A DNA stretch of 64,000 nucleotides from Minisyncoccota bacterium (GCA_035627655.1 DASPLI010000001.1:112991-176990), one strand, 5' to 3'. Shown: positions 49,369-59,615, counted from the stretch's first letter. Translations and numbers: made by a program. The notes: a model not told the origin generated them from the sequence alone.

Positions 49369-50127
49369 ATGATTCCCCTCGCCCAAAGCGTCTTGGCCGT
49401 TGGCGCCCTGAGCCTTATTTCCCTGCTTGGTATCGCTACCTTGTCGCTTCGTCAGGCGGTTATTACTCGCGGCCTCTTTATTCTTATCTCTCTTGCCGCC
49501 GGCGCACTTTTGGGAGATGCATTCATTCACCTCCTTCCGGAAGCATTTGAGGAAGCTTCCGTGCTTACCGTATCGTTTGCGACGCTTGGCGGCATTCTCG
49601 CGTTCTTCGTTCTCGAGAAACTGCTCAACTGGCACCACAACCACGGCGAAGACGAGTATGCGCCGGATCACGCGCAACGCCACCCGGTCGGTCGGCTAGT
49701 ACTCATTTCAGATGCGCTCCATAACATGATCGATGGTCTCGCGATCGGCATCGCATTCCTCGTGTCTCCAGAGGTTGGTATTGGAACGACCCTCGCAATT
49801 GCGCTCCATGAGATTCCGCAGGAGATCGGCGACTTCGGCCTCCTGTTGCATGCCGGCTATACGCGTACCAAGGCGCTCCTCTTTAACTTTGTATCGGCAC
49901 TTACCGCATTCATTGGTCTTGGCATTGCCTTTATGGTCGGAGACACCGTTGCGGGATTCATCCCCGTAGTGACCGCCTTTACTGCCGGCATGTTCATCTA
50001 CATTGCCATGAGCGACATCGTGCCGGAGCTTCAAAAAACCAAGCGGCTACGCAACTCAGTATTACAAATAGCAATGATGCTGGTAGGCATCATCGCTATG
50101 GCACTTCTGCTGGTGCTTGAGGTTTAG
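49369..50127 (+). CDS. ZIP family metal transporter
   Basis: HLLPEA, HNMIDG and HEIPQE motifs. Confidence 0.93.
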   Translation: MIPLAQSVLAVGALSLISLLGIATLSLRQAVITRGLFILISLAAGALLGDAFIHLLPEAFEEASVLTVSFATLGGILAFFVLEKLLNWHHNHGEDEYAPDHAQRHPVGRLVLISDALHNMIDGLAIGIAFLVSPEVGIGTTLAIALHEIPQEIGDFGLLLHAGYTRTKALLFNFVSALTAFIGLGIAFMVGDTVAGFIPVVTAFTAGMFIYIAMSDIVPELQKTKRLRNSVLQIAMMLVGIIAMALLLVLEV

Positions 50128-50780
50128 CGAAGCTCGACTGAGGCAAGGAGATCGAGCAGTGCCTGGTGCTCCGGCAGATCCGCAACAACAAGATTCGGAT
50201 CCGTCCAATCCACTACATCGTGTTCAATGATCTCGAACCGTAGCACCTGAAACGCGCCGAGCCAGTAGTAAGCGCTGTGCACCTGTGCCTCGAAGCGCTC
50301 AATCACCGTGGCGCGATATTCGCGACCATTTGTAACCACGCTCTCAAAACGCGAGAAATCGGTCGCTTGCATGTCTGCCGGCTGGTAGCGAGTGTTTTCG
50401 AGAATAATATCCTCACCCGGCACACCGTCTGGAACCGTGTACCGGCGAATGATGATGGTATGCTGCGGCGTTCCCGAAAGCGACGGCTTCACGAATGCGG
50501 CAAGCACGGTTGGGTCGGCACCATAGGCGTTTTCATCCGCGTGATATCCGGCTGGCACAACAAACGATAGGCCCGCCTCTGCAACCGATACGCGATTGGT
50601 CACCGGGCACTCGGCAAACTCGCAGGAAGGCGGGATACGCCCAACCGAAGTTCCGTCTGGGCAGATCTTCGCCTCTTCCGTACAGGCAACGGTCGGCGAC
50701 TGTTCGGAAACGGTGCGGTAAAAGAATCCGCCGATGCCAATCAAGAGAATAAGTACAATGCCAAAGATAAGTGATTTCAT
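50124..50780 (-). CDS. Membrane-anchored protein with CTEEAKICPDG...C..C motif
   Basis: N-terminal TM helix and small disulfide module. Confidence 0.78.
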   Translation of the reverse strand: MKSLIFGIVLILLIGIGGFFYRTVSEQSPTVACTEEAKICPDGTSVGRIPPSCEFAECPVTNRVSVAEAGLSFVVPAGYHADENAYGADPTVLAAFVKPSLSGTPQHTIIIRRYTVPDGVPGEDIILENTRYQPADMQATDFSRFESVVTNGREYRATVIERFEAQVHSAYYWLGAFQVLRFEIIEHDVVDWTDPNLVVADLPEHQALLDLLASVELR

Positions 50781-51172
50781 ATGCGGGTAGTAGGGTTTTT
50801 AAGCAGGTCTCGGATTTCCTCAAGCAATTCAATATCCCGGGGTGTTGTTGCAGGCGTCGCTTCAGCATGCGCCTTGCGAACAAATTTATTGATGAACTTG
50901 ACGAGGAGGAAGAGCGCGAAGGCGGTAATAATAAAGTTCACCGCGACCTGAATGAAGTGGCCGTACGCGATGACCGCCTCTCCCCCAAGCCCGAAGGTGA
51001 GCGCGCTGAAGTCTACCCCGCCCATCAGGCGTCCGATCGGCGGCGTCAGGATATCGGTCACGAGCGAATTGGTAACTGCAGTAAACGCTGCGCCGATCAC
51101 CACGCCGACCGCCAGATCAAGCGCGTTGCCGCGAATCGCAAACGTTTTGAATTCTTGCCATAAGGAAGTCAT
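50777..51172 (-). CDS. mscL: Large-conductance mechanosensitive channel
   Basis: EFKTFAIRGNALDLAVGVVIG and LLEEIRDLL. Confidence 0.97.
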   Translation of the reverse strand: MTSLWQEFKTFAIRGNALDLAVGVVIGAAFTAVTNSLVTDILTPPIGRLMGGVDFSALTFGLGGEAVIAYGHFIQVAVNFIITAFALFLLVKFINKFVRKAHAEATPATTPRDIELLEEIRDLLKNPTTRI

Positions 51173-51223
51173 GGTTCGGAGTATAACAAAAACGGGAAGG
51201 CTGGAGCCTTCCCGTTCAAAGAA

Positions 51224-51802
51224 CTATGCGACGAGCTGTTTGCCCCCTAGGTGGTAGGACGTTTCCGCCTGCCACACGTCCTGCTGCTTTCCAAACACCG
51301 TCAGGCCCGAACACGACACTGAGAGTTTGAGGGCAGCCGACTGTTCGCAGTACGCTTGCGCGCATGCGTCCCGTACGTCCGTGAAGCGTTCCGCCGGAAA
51401 CTTCCGCGCAACACTGACGTGCGGGAAAAACTGCGGCCGCAGTATCGGATGACCCAGATCACTGTGCAGCGTAGCGCGAAACGCGGTGAATCGGTTCCGA
51501 TCGCTTGCAAGCAGGCAGACGGTGTCTTCCTGCAAGACGCCAAGCAGCTCAAGCTGAAACGTAAACGGCGCGTGCCGCTGACTAAACCGAGTGAGCTTAT
51601 GCTCGAGACGGCTATCCTGTTCGCTGCTTCGCGTTCGAAATGGCGAAACAAGCGTCAGGTGGAATGGGCTCTTGCCGTGCGAAATAGTGAGTGCTTCGCA
51701 GCCAGGACGATTTTGAACCAGCTCTTGCGCCCGTGCTTGTAACGCAGCAAGCGCACTTGCAACGGACGGCGGCATTAAAATGCCAATGAACACTTCCCGC
51801 AT
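51224..51802 (-). CDS. 2H phosphoesterase (2'-5' RNA ligase family)
   Basis: Two HxT/S motifs (FHLTL, PHVSV). Start uncertain (51802 or 51820). Confidence 0.8.
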   Translation of the reverse strand: MREVFIGILMPPSVASALAALQARAQELVQNRPGCEALTISHGKSPFHLTLVSPFRTRSSEQDSRLEHKLTRFSQRHAPFTFQLELLGVLQEDTVCLLASDRNRFTAFRATLHSDLGHPILRPQFFPHVSVARKFPAERFTDVRDACAQAYCEQSAALKLSVSCSGLTVFGKQQDVWQAETSYHLGGKQLVA

Positions 51803-51877
51803 GATGTGTACTCCATGCAAGGGAATACTCCCTCTAAAATTGAGGATACGTGGTTACGATACGTGCGTCAAAATGTT

Positions 51878-51952
51878 GGGCGACCTATGGGACTCGAACC
51901 CATAACCGCCTGGACCACAACCAGGAGCTCTACCAATTGAGCTAAGGCCGCC
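51878..51952 (-). tRNA. tRNA-His(GTG)
   Basis: Cloverleaf with loop TTGTGGT, G-1 and C73. Confidence 0.93.
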
Positions 51953-51999
51953 ATGTGAACGGTGTTCCTTATACCACGCGCACTGCGCAGACGAAAGCG

Positions 52000-52191
52000 T
52001 TACGCGTGCGTCTCGCGAAGGAAATACCAGCCGAAATGCGTGACAAAGAGAATAAGTTGTAGCGACAGCGCAAGAATTGTTGCGTGCCAAAGTTCGCCCG
52101 TGGTGGCGTAGAAGAAAACTTCCGTTATCAAAAATGCAATAGCACGCCACTCAAGTGATACCTTCATCGATTTGATAAGGCGTTGCTTCAT
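52000..52191 (-). CDS. Small membrane protein (DUF2061-like)
   Basis: KVSLEWRAIA followed by two TM helices. Confidence 0.6.
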   Translation of the reverse strand: MKQRLIKSMKVSLEWRAIAFLITEVFFYATTGELWHATILALSLQLILFVTHFGWYFLRETHA

Positions 52192-52244
52192 AAAATAATC
52201 ATGCCACTTAATGCCTACACGACAAGCTGTGTATAACGCCTGGC

Positions 52245-52718
52245 TTATATGAAGTTTGCTGCCTCTGTCTTCAGAATTCCTATCGCCTCTTCAAGCGTCT
52301 CGCACTTTTGAATGTTGTAACTAATACAAACGATATCCACATTCCCTTTTCGCCAGAAACCTTCGGGGCAGACCACGAGCAGCTTGCTGCTTCGCGCAAA
52401 GAGCCCAAGCTCCAAAAGAGAAATGGGAGATTTTGTCTCAGGCGAAAAATACATCAAGATTCGGTCTGCACTTTCAAGACCAGCAAGCTCCCACTCCACC
52501 TGATTTCGAAAGGGACCAGCATCTTCTCGTTGCTCCCACGAAGGGTCCCATGATTCGTGGCGTGGATTGAGCACCACCCAGTCTGTTTCCTCAAGCATTT
52601 CCTCCACGCGCTCCTGCCAATCATCTGCCGTTCCCATCTCGATAGAACCGGCGAGAAAGAGCCGGGGCCTGCCTTCGGGAGCGGGATGCGGCGGCTTATA
52701 TACCTTCATTGCTTGCAT
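52245..52718 (-). CDS. Nucleoside 2-deoxyribosyltransferase-like domain protein
   Basis: FLAGSI, LNPR, QVEWE and SPISLLELG motifs. Confidence 0.85.
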   Translation of the reverse strand: MQAMKVYKPPHPAPEGRPRLFLAGSIEMGTADDWQERVEEMLEETDWVVLNPRHESWDPSWEQREDAGPFRNQVEWELAGLESADRILMYFSPETKSPISLLELGLFARSSKLLVVCPEGFWRKGNVDIVCISYNIQKCETLEEAIGILKTEAANFI

Positions 52719-52766
52719 GATAACGCACGAAGGCGCCCGATCGGGCGCCTTCGTTTGTATGTTTTG

Positions 52767-52848
52767 TGCCCAGGAGAGGACTCGAACCTCCACCCCTTTC
52801 GGGACTACCACCTCAAGGTAGCGTGTATACCAATTTCACCACCTGGGC
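52767..52848 (-). tRNA. tRNA-Leu(GAG)
   Basis: Type II cloverleaf with loop TTGAGGT. Confidence 0.95.
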
Positions 52849-52890
52849 AGGTGCGAACTCGCCCACTATACGAGAAACGGCCCGCAAACG

Positions 52891-53436
52891 CTAGGCCGTT
52901 GCCTTCTCTTCTGACTCCGCTGCCGGAGCTTCCTCAGTAGGAGCTGCAGCAACTTCTGCTTCCGCTACCGTCTCTTCTGCTGGAGCGGCGACAACTTCCT
53001 CTGCCGGAGCCTCTTCAACAGGAGCTGCCTCAGCAACAACCGGGGTCTCCTCTGGCTTCTGTGCGAAGTCGTCTGTCGAGACATTCATCATGCGCATGTT
53101 GCGAAGCTGGCGGCGAACTTCGCGAGCAACCTTCTCGCGGATGAAGTAGAGCTTTGCACGGCGGACCTTCGAGCGGCGTACGATCTCAATCTTTTCGATG
53201 AAGGGAGCGTAGAGCGGGAAAATGCGCTCGACGCCAATGCCAGAGAGCGTTGCGCGTACCGTGAAGGTGGCGCCCGCCTCCGTACCGTGCTTCACCGCAA
53301 GCACCAGGCCTTCAAAGGTCTGGGTACGGGTCTTTCCCTTTTCGACGATCTTCTGATGGACACGAACCGTATCCCCGGGACGGACCCCGAGTTTCTGGCG
53401 CTCCTCGATCGCAACTGGCGTGATAACACCTGCCAT
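52891..53436 (-). CDS. rplS: 50S ribosomal protein L19 with acidic C-terminal extension
   Basis: GDTVRV, GVERIFP and [11 protein letters not shown] motifs. Confidence 0.97.
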   Translation of the reverse strand: MAGVITPVAIEERQKLGVRPGDTVRVHQKIVEKGKTRTQTFEGLVLAVKHGTEAGATFTVRATLSGIGVERIFPLYAPFIEKIEIVRRSKVRRAKLYFIREKVAREVRRQLRNMRMMNVSTDDFAQKPEETPVVAEAAPVEEAPAEEVVAAPAEETVAEAEVAAAPTEEAPAAESEEKATA

Positions 53437-53460
53437 AGATGCCGCACTCTAGCATGAGGC

Positions 53461-54201
53461 TTAGAGGGAAGCAACGATCCCGGCTCCATCGGGGAAAGTC
53501 TCGACTGCAGCCGCGAAGTCTGCCGGGAGCGGAGACCGGAGCGTTACCCGTTCCCCATCCGGGAGTGGGAGCTCTAAACTGAGCGCGTGGAGCGCCAGGC
53601 GCGTAAAGCCAAGGCCCTGTTTTTTACCCGGAGCATAGAGCGGATCGGCGACAACCGGATGATGAATGGCCTTGAGATGCACCCGGATCTGGTGCGTACG
53701 GCCTGTTTCCGGAATCAGTTGTATAAGCGCGTACTCCCCTGCTTCGGCAAGCACCTGGTAGTGCGTGATGGCATCCCGGAGCATGCCTTTTGCCTTTGGC
53801 TGCGCGGAGCGGAGGCGGAAGTCTTGGCGCGAACGGCCAATAGGAAAATCAATCGTTCCTTTCTTTTCTTTCGGCGCCCCGTACGTTACGGCAATATAGG
53901 TCTTCTTGGTATCGCGTCCTTGAAACGCCGCCTTAAGGAATGCGTGCGCGTCCTGCGTTTTTGCAAACACCAGAACACCGGACGTGTCGCGGTCGAGCCG
54001 ATGCACGACGCCCGGGCGGAGCAACTCGCTTCCATCTGGAAGTCGCTGCGTCTCGCCAACCGTCGCGGAAGCGGGATACTGAGCGGCAAACCAGTCGCTT
54101 GCCGTCTCTTCGGTGTTTCGCCCATCAGGATGCGTCATGATGCCTGCCGGCTTGTTTACCGCAACGATGGCATCGTTCTCAAAGAGGATCGGAAGCTCCA
54201 T
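53461..54201 (-). CDS. RluA/RluD family pseudouridine synthase
   Basis: VNKPAG, HRLDRDTSG and TGRTHQIRVH motifs. Confidence 0.95.
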   Translation of the reverse strand: MELPILFENDAIVAVNKPAGIMTHPDGRNTEETASDWFAAQYPASATVGETQRLPDGSELLRPGVVHRLDRDTSGVLVFAKTQDAHAFLKAAFQGRDTKKTYIAVTYGAPKEKKGTIDFPIGRSRQDFRLRSAQPKAKGMLRDAITHYQVLAEAGEYALIQLIPETGRTHQIRVHLKAIHHPVVADPLYAPGKKQGLGFTRLALHALSLELPLPDGERVTLRSPLPADFAAAVETFPDGAGIVASL

Positions 54202-54242
54202 ACTTCCAAAAGTACCCTAAATCGGCTATCGTGCACACTGTA

Positions 54243-54318
54243 GCGCGCTTAGCTCAGTTGGTAGAGCATCCCGTTTACACCGGGCAGGTCGGGGGTTCGA
54301 GTCCCTCAGCGCGCACCA
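54243..54318 (+). tRNA. tRNA-Val(TAC)
   Basis: Cloverleaf with loop TTTACAC and encoded CCA. Confidence 0.95.
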
Positions 54319-54339
54319 CTAGGCTATACTGCAAGGTAT

Positions 54340-55599
54340 ATGCCTGAATTTCCTCCGCGTACTGGCGAGCGCAATGAATGGTGGCGACGACTCGGACGAC
54401 GAGCCATGACTCCGTTTGTAGGTATGGAAGCAATTTGGCAGGACGCGCAGAAAGCGTCTGCTGAACGAGAACTTAAATGGGAAGAGGTAACGTCGAGCCT
54501 CTACCACTTCCCTGAGTGGGCGATGCTCGATCTTCGTGCACAATGGGAAGCATTTCGTTTTGAACAGCTGCAAAAGCCAAAAAATCAGGAGCGTGTTGAG
54601 GGGCGACGAGAAAAGATCCAGGAACTCCACGATGATCTTGCCGCAGAAGAACACCTGCTGCAGGAGCGCATATATGCATGGCGCACGCAAACGGAAGAAG
54701 CGCTGGATGCATTCAATGACGACCTACAGGAGCTCACCGGAAACCGCCTGGCCTGGAAGGACAAAACCTTCGACTCCCTCCTGTCGACAGTGGAGGTGAC
54801 GATGGAAGCGCTCAAAGAGCAGATGAAGATGATTGAGAAGCATGGCACACACGTCGCACAACAAAGTGAAAATGTTGCCGGTGAGTTGCAGTCGTACGAA
54901 CAGATACACACGAACACAGGTGAAGCGATCAAGCGGTTGAAACTCTTCAAGCGCGATCTGATTGTTTCTTGGGGTGAAGATGTAACAAAGCTCGGTACAG
55001 AGGAAACCATACCGGACATCGCCCATCGGATTACCAAAAAGCGCGCGAAGCTTGAGAAGGCGCTGAAGAGTGAAGGTACGCCTGAAGCTATCGCCATGCG
55101 CCGACAGCAGCTTGTTGCTGAACGTGATGCGCTCCTTGAAAGCGTCGATCACGCGAAACTCCGCATTGAGATGTACCGCCGCAAGCTCAACGAAAAGAAG
55201 AGCGCCATCAAGGAACTGCTTGCCGGTAACGATCCACGCATTGCACAGGAGCAGCGTGAACGAGCAGGTATTGAAGTATTCTTGGATCAGCTTGCTGGGT
55301 ATGAGAGTCTTGCTGTTCGATTCGAAACACCGGAGATGGTGCGACTCTCCACTGAGCATGCCGAGACCGTACGCGATCTCGGCGACCGTCCGCTCGCTAT
55401 CGATCTCGAGCGCATACTTGAACGCACGCCGGTACCTAATGATTTGCGTCTTACCCTTGAGCAGTCGTTCGGCGAACGGTATGAACCCGTTACGCTCGAT
55501 CAGGTGCGCGGACTGCGCAATATTGTTCTTGGGTACGTGCACTACACGTATACTGAACCCGATACCCAAACGCCTGATGAACTAACTGAAGCTGCATGA
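54340..55599 (+). CDS. Coiled-coil hypothetical protein
   Basis: 419-aa ORF rich in E/K/R/L heptads. Confidence 0.75.
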   Translation: MPEFPPRTGERNEWWRRLGRRAMTPFVGMEAIWQDAQKASAERELKWEEVTSSLYHFPEWAMLDLRAQWEAFRFEQLQKPKNQERVEGRREKIQELHDDLAAEEHLLQERIYAWRTQTEEALDAFNDDLQELTGNRLAWKDKTFDSLLSTVEVTMEALKEQMKMIEKHGTHVAQQSENVAGELQSYEQIHTNTGEAIKRLKLFKRDLIVSWGEDVTKLGTEETIPDIAHRITKKRAKLEKALKSEGTPEAIAMRRQQLVAERDALLESVDHAKLRIEMYRRKLNEKKSAIKELLAGNDPRIAQEQRERAGIEVFLDQLAGYESLAVRFETPEMVRLSTEHAETVRDLGDRPLAIDLERILERTPVPNDLRLTLEQSFGERYEPVTLDQVRGLRNIVLGYVHYTYTEPDTQTPDELTEAA

Positions 55600-55820
55600 C
55601 CGTCGCCTCCCTCATCGCCCAATTCCTCTCCGAACCGGTTCTTTATCCGCTTCTCAAAGAGCCTGAGCTAGAATCAATCGCGAAACGCGAGCCGGCCTCC
55701 TTGCTCTCACCTGCAGATATCGCCAAAGTGCTTGCGCTCTTTGATCGTATTGAAAGCGTGCTTGATACTGAAGAAAAGAAACTTTCCCGCTACGAAGCGG
55801 AGCTTGTTGCAATGCAATAG
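55596..55820 (+). CDS. Small hypothetical protein
   Basis: ATGA overlap with the upstream gene. Confidence 0.6.
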   Translation: MTVASLIAQFLSEPVLYPLLKEPELESIAKREPASLLSPADIAKVLALFDRIESVLDTEEKKLSRYEAELVAMQ

Positions 55821-55822
55821 TG

Positions 55823-55904
55823 TGCCCAGAAGAGGATTCGAACCTCCAACCCTTGCGGGATACGCTTCTGAGGCGTACGCGTATACCAATTCCGCCACCT
55901 GGGC
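55823..55904 (-). tRNA. tRNA-Leu(CAG)
   Basis: Type II cloverleaf with loop CTCAGAA. Confidence 0.95.
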
Positions 55905-55918
55905 AGGTGTGCTGCTTG

Positions 55919-55990
55919 CGCCCCCAGAAGGAATCGAACCTCCATCAAGAGCTTAGAAGTCTCCTGCTCTATCCATTGAGCTATGGGGGC
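55919..55990 (-). tRNA. tRNA-Arg(TCT)
   Basis: Cloverleaf with loop CTTCTAA. Confidence 0.92.
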
Positions 55991-56011
55991 ACGTACTGCT
56001 ACCCTACCGCA

Positions 56012-56305
56012 TCAGCGAGAGGGGTCAACGAATTGATATTCAGTACTGTAGCGTGCGCCTTCTTCAAGCTGCGCACGAAACGCATCCTGCAGTCCCTCAA
56101 CGCCAGCAGTGGTGATATGTGTCGGCGTTGCAGACGCCGCTTCGCCCGAGAGAACACGCAGGAAGAACGACGTATTCCACCAAACACTGATTGCAAGCGC
56201 GAGCAATGCGCACGCAAGAATGATGAGCCAGTCGCGTTCAGGATGTCGCCCACCAAGACCTTTAGGCAGTGACAGCTGCGTTAGATTTTTGGGGAGTGAA
56301 ATCAT
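56012..56305 (-). CDS. Small TM protein of the pilMNO cluster
   Basis: Overlaps the pilO-like stop codon. PERDW followed by a TM helix, ends in DPSR. Confidence 0.7.
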   Translation of the reverse strand: MISLPKNLTQLSLPKGLGGRHPERDWLIILACALLALAISVWWNTSFFLRVLSGEAASATPTHITTAGVEGLQDAFRAQLEEGARYSTEYQFVDPSR

Positions 56306-56805
56306 GGTGTAAGTGCAGCGACGGACATGCGGTAGGTAGCGCGCCACGAACTGTCGCCCCGGGCATCGAGCGATAGTGCGCCAGTTGCTCCTGCATATGG
56401 TCCATGTTCAAGCGCTCCAATCGTGCGCATGACCGCTTCAAACGACCCTTCAATGGAAAGCGCGATGGTGATGCGTCCGTTTTCAACATCTGAAACCGAA
56501 GCAATATCTACCGACGCCCCATGCGTTCGTCCCATCACTTCAAGCGTCTCAAGAAAGGCAACAACATCTTCTTCAGAAACTGCGTGCGTTGCGACAAACG
56601 CCTCTCCTTCGGCAAGCTCTTCTGCAGCGAGCCGTGCTGTCGCCGAAAGTGCGCGCGCACCACTCTTCTCTTCAATCTGCGCGGCAAGTGAACGAGCATC
56701 TTCGGCCGTTGCTTCAACGCGCGCAAGCCAGAACCAGTACGCGCCAATGGAAACAACCGCAAGCAATACGGCGATCACAGTATGGCTGAGGGCTGGGTTT
56801 TTCAT
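56302..56805 (-). CDS. PilO-like type IV pilus assembly protein
   Basis: TM, coiled coil, IEGSFEAVMRTIGALEHGPY. Located after the pilM and pilN-like genes. Confidence 0.7.
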   Translation of the reverse strand: MKNPALSHTVIAVLLAVVSIGAYWFWLARVEATAEDARSLAAQIEEKSGARALSATARLAAEELAEGEAFVATHAVSEEDVVAFLETLEVMGRTHGASVDIASVSDVENGRITIALSIEGSFEAVMRTIGALEHGPYAGATGALSLDARGDSSWRATYRMSVAALTP

Positions 56806-57356
56806 GGTGCAAGTACTCCCGTTAGCGTAATCGTAAACGGAATATCCGATTCCGCTGCATATACCGAGAGTGGAAGGTTGGCGGAGGATACGAACGAGAG
56901 ATTGTTGAGTGCCGTGTGATAGCGGCGTAATGCCTCCCGAGAAGCGGCAATGCCGGTAATCGTCATTGCAGACTCGCCGCTTGGGCTTGGAGAAACGGAG
57001 AAGCCGGTGAGGCGCACGCCCTCGTGCGGGAGTGCAAGGAAATCGCGTACGACGGGCGTTGTTTTTGGCTGTGCAAGCAGCGCGGAGAGCTCCCCCGCCT
57101 TCCTGGCAAGCTCGTTCGCACGCTCGCTCACCGGCCGCTCATTGGCCGCGCCAGGAAGCAGTGTGAGATCTGCAAGATGCTTTTGGCGTGTCGCTACCTC
57201 TTCCGAAAGATAAAAGTACGACGGGAGCAATAAAATACCGTGCAGGACCACCACCACAAATACAACGCTCGCAGCAACGGTAATCAGACGAAGCATATAC
57301 TCGCGATTGAGGTCGCGCAGACGATTGGCCGGTAAGAGATTGGTGAGGTTAGGCAT
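56802..57356 (-). CDS. PilN-like type IV pilus assembly protein
   Basis: N-terminal NLLP motif, TM helix, ITGIAASREAL. Confidence 0.75.
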   Translation of the reverse strand: MPNLTNLLPANRLRDLNREYMLRLITVAASVVFVVVVLHGILLLPSYFYLSEEVATRQKHLADLTLLPGAANERPVSERANELARKAGELSALLAQPKTTPVVRDFLALPHEGVRLTGFSVSPSPSGESAMTITGIAASREALRRYHTALNNLSFVSSANLPLSVYAAESDIPFTITLTGVLAP

Positions 57357-58422
57357 AGTCTCGTAGGGCAAGTCCGATCGCCGTTCCGTACGCAAGAGAC
57401 GCCGTGTACTCAAGCGGTGGCAGCCAAACCTCGCGTGGGGCGAAATTGGTGAACACGTCTCCAAGCGCAACAGGAACCTTGAGCGATGCTTCAAGATACT
57501 CCGGAAGTCCGAGCACTGTTGCGTTACCACCGACCAGGAGCACGCGCGAAACCGGTTCATGGGTCGCGTTTGCGCGCGACTGCCAATACTCAAGACGCTT
57601 CATGATTTCGTCTCGAATGACCGATACCGTCGAGAGCATGGCAGCCAAGTATTCTTCGTTTCCGCTTCCGGGCGCAATTCCCTTCTCCGCTTTAACTCGC
57701 TTGGCTTCTTCCTCCGAAACGCCGAAATGTTTCTGGACGGCAAGCGTAAGTGCGTGACCGCCGATATCCAACGTTGTAACAAATCGCGGAAGGCGCGCCG
57801 TTGCTATCAAAAGCTTGGTGGTTGTTTTCCCAATATCAATAATGAGTACCGTTTCGTCCGTGCGTACTGGAAGGAGTGCTCGCGGAAGCGCGAACGTTTC
57901 GCTCTCAAGCGCACGAACCCGTACGCGCGCTTCGTCAAACACCGCGAGTGTTTCTTCAACGACGCGCCTGGCATATCCAACGCCTACCAGCTGTGTTCCC
58001 TGCTCGCCTTTGCGCACCGGAGCAACCGTAAACTCTACGTCTTGAGACGGAAGTGGAACGTATTCTTCAAGATGCTGCTCGACGGCGATCTTCTGCGCCC
58101 CTGGCTCGTCTGCTTGCACCACCGCTTCAAACAAATAGCCGCGCGCTTCTGGAAGTGCTACGTTTGCAAAGCGGACCTTATGTTTTTTCATCAAATCCTT
58201 GAGCGTGCTTGCAACAGCGCCCGGATCGCGAAGCTCCCCGCCGACAACCGCTCCGGTCGGAAGCGCAACTTCGTCAAATGCCGACAACTCAAGGCCGTGT
58301 ACATGTTCGCGGATGCGGGCAAGTTTAATACCGCTCGTGGAGATATCGATGCCTGCTGACGGCATCGATAGATAGTCTGGCGGCGCAAGTTCGACCCGAA
58401 GAAAGCGCGAAAGAGCCTGCAT
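57349..58422 (-). CDS. pilM: Type IV pilus assembly protein PilM
   Basis: Actin-like fold motifs GIDISTSGIK, IIDIGKTTT, LVGGNA and TAIGLALR. Confidence 0.9.
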   Translation of the reverse strand: MQALSRFLRVELAPPDYLSMPSAGIDISTSGIKLARIREHVHGLELSAFDEVALPTGAVVGGELRDPGAVASTLKDLMKKHKVRFANVALPEARGYLFEAVVQADEPGAQKIAVEQHLEEYVPLPSQDVEFTVAPVRKGEQGTQLVGVGYARRVVEETLAVFDEARVRVRALESETFALPRALLPVRTDETVLIIDIGKTTTKLLIATARLPRFVTTLDIGGHALTLAVQKHFGVSEEEAKRVKAEKGIAPGSGNEEYLAAMLSTVSVIRDEIMKRLEYWQSRANATHEPVSRVLLVGGNATVLGLPEYLEASLKVPVALGDVFTNFAPREVWLPPLEYTASLAYGTAIGLALRDYA

Positions 58423-58442
58423 GCTCTTTAGTATACCAGTGC

Positions 58443-58769
58443 TTAGTGCGCGCTTGTGCCGGGAGGAACGGGGCGATCGGGTGTTAGAAATGCGAACGTG
58501 TCTCCAGAGCCAACGGCAAACAGCATGCCGTTTGATTCAATGCCTTTGATGGTGCGCGGTTCAAGGTTCGCAACAAACGCAAGCTGGCGACCAACCAGTG
58601 TCGCTGGGTCGGCGACATACGCTGCGATGCCCGACACAATTTGGCGCGGAGCGTCTTCCCCAAAATCAACCATGAGCCGTAAGAGCTTGTCGGTTTCAGG
58701 AACTCGCTCGGCACTCAAGACGGTGCCGACCTTCACTTGAATCTTTCCCAGATCATCAATGGTTGCCAT
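58443..58769 (-). CDS. Stand-alone tRNA-binding OB-fold protein (Trbp111/CsaA/MetRS C-domain)
   Basis: DKLLRLMVDFG...RQIVSGI...NLEPR...SNGML. Confidence 0.88.
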   Translation of the reverse strand: MATIDDLGKIQVKVGTVLSAERVPETDKLLRLMVDFGEDAPRQIVSGIAAYVADPATLVGRQLAFVANLEPRTIKGIESNGMLFAVGSGDTFAFLTPDRPVPPGTSAH

Positions 58770-59154
58770 GGCGTGTAAGATAGCTCGTAAGAATAAGGGC
58801 TGCCGCGCTCGCGTCAACATCTTTCATGGCGCCACGCTCACCGTCAAACCCGCGACCCGCCTCCTGTGTGGTAAACACTTCTGGTTCGAAGTGAACCGGA
58901 AGACCCGTTTCCACTTGTAGCTTTTCGGCAAACACCTTTGCCTCTTTTGCAACTGGATTCTCTTCCCCGGCAAGATTGCGGGATTCCCCCACCACCACCG
59001 CCTCCACGTCGTTGGCACGTATGAGCGAAACTATGTTGGCAAGCAGCTGATCGTCGTTTTTGAGCGTACTGTGCGGGAAGCCCATCTGACCTCCTTCGTC
59101 AGATACTGCCACTCCCACTTTTTTCGTCCCGAAGTCGATTCCGAGGTGTCGCAT
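58756..59154 (-). CDS. yqgF: YqgF/RuvX pre-16S rRNA nuclease
   Basis: LGIDFGTKKVGVAVSD and VDASAAALIL motifs. Confidence 0.93.
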   Translation of the reverse strand: MRHLGIDFGTKKVGVAVSDEGGQMGFPHSTLKNDDQLLANIVSLIRANDVEAVVVGESRNLAGEENPVAKEAKVFAEKLQVETGLPVHFEPEVFTTQEAGRGFDGERGAMKDVDASAAALILTSYLTRHGNH

Positions 59155-59199
59155 ACACCAATCGTAGCAGAAAAGGCCGTTATGGTATTCTGCTTGCGT

Positions 59200-59526
59200 A
59201 TGTGGAATCCATTTGTGGGCGACCCGATCGTTGGTCCGCTCTTGCATTCAGTCGGCCTGGGCATTCTCTTCCCTGTCTTCTGGATTGTGCTCTTGGTCTG
59301 GACCTTCGCTTCGAAGGCGCTTGGGCTCTGGTATGCTGCGCGAAACTGTCAGCGTGTATGGTTCGTCGTATTCATGCTTGTGCACACGATCGGCATTCTT
59401 GAGATGATCTATCTCAAGTGGTACCAGAAGGACCGCCATGACGGAAACACCCGCCTCTTCCCTTTCCTGAAGGGGTGGATGCAACGGGCGCGCGAAATGG
59501 TATCATCACGCGCGTCAGACAAATAA
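59200..59526 (+). CDS. DUF5652-like membrane protein
   Basis: W...KALGLWYAARN.Q..WF...TIGILEMIYL pattern. Confidence 0.72.
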   Translation: MWNPFVGDPIVGPLLHSVGLGILFPVFWIVLLVWTFASKALGLWYAARNCQRVWFVVFMLVHTIGILEMIYLKWYQKDRHDGNTRLFPFLKGWMQRAREMVSSRASDK

Positions 59527-59530
59527 ACAC

Positions 59531-59615
59531 GGAGGAGTGGCAGAGTGGTCTATCGCACCTGTCTTGAAAACAGGAGTCTCGCAAGGGACCGTGAGTTCGA
59601 ATCTCACCTCCTCCG
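59531..59615 (+). tRNA. tRNA-Ser(TGA)
   Basis: Type II cloverleaf with loop CTTGAAA and G73. Confidence 0.95.

Noticed and set aside
58443-58769. Split metG as a pseudogene or novelty
   Set aside because: Short MetRS plus a free-standing Trbp111-like domain is a known arrangement, and both ORFs are intact.
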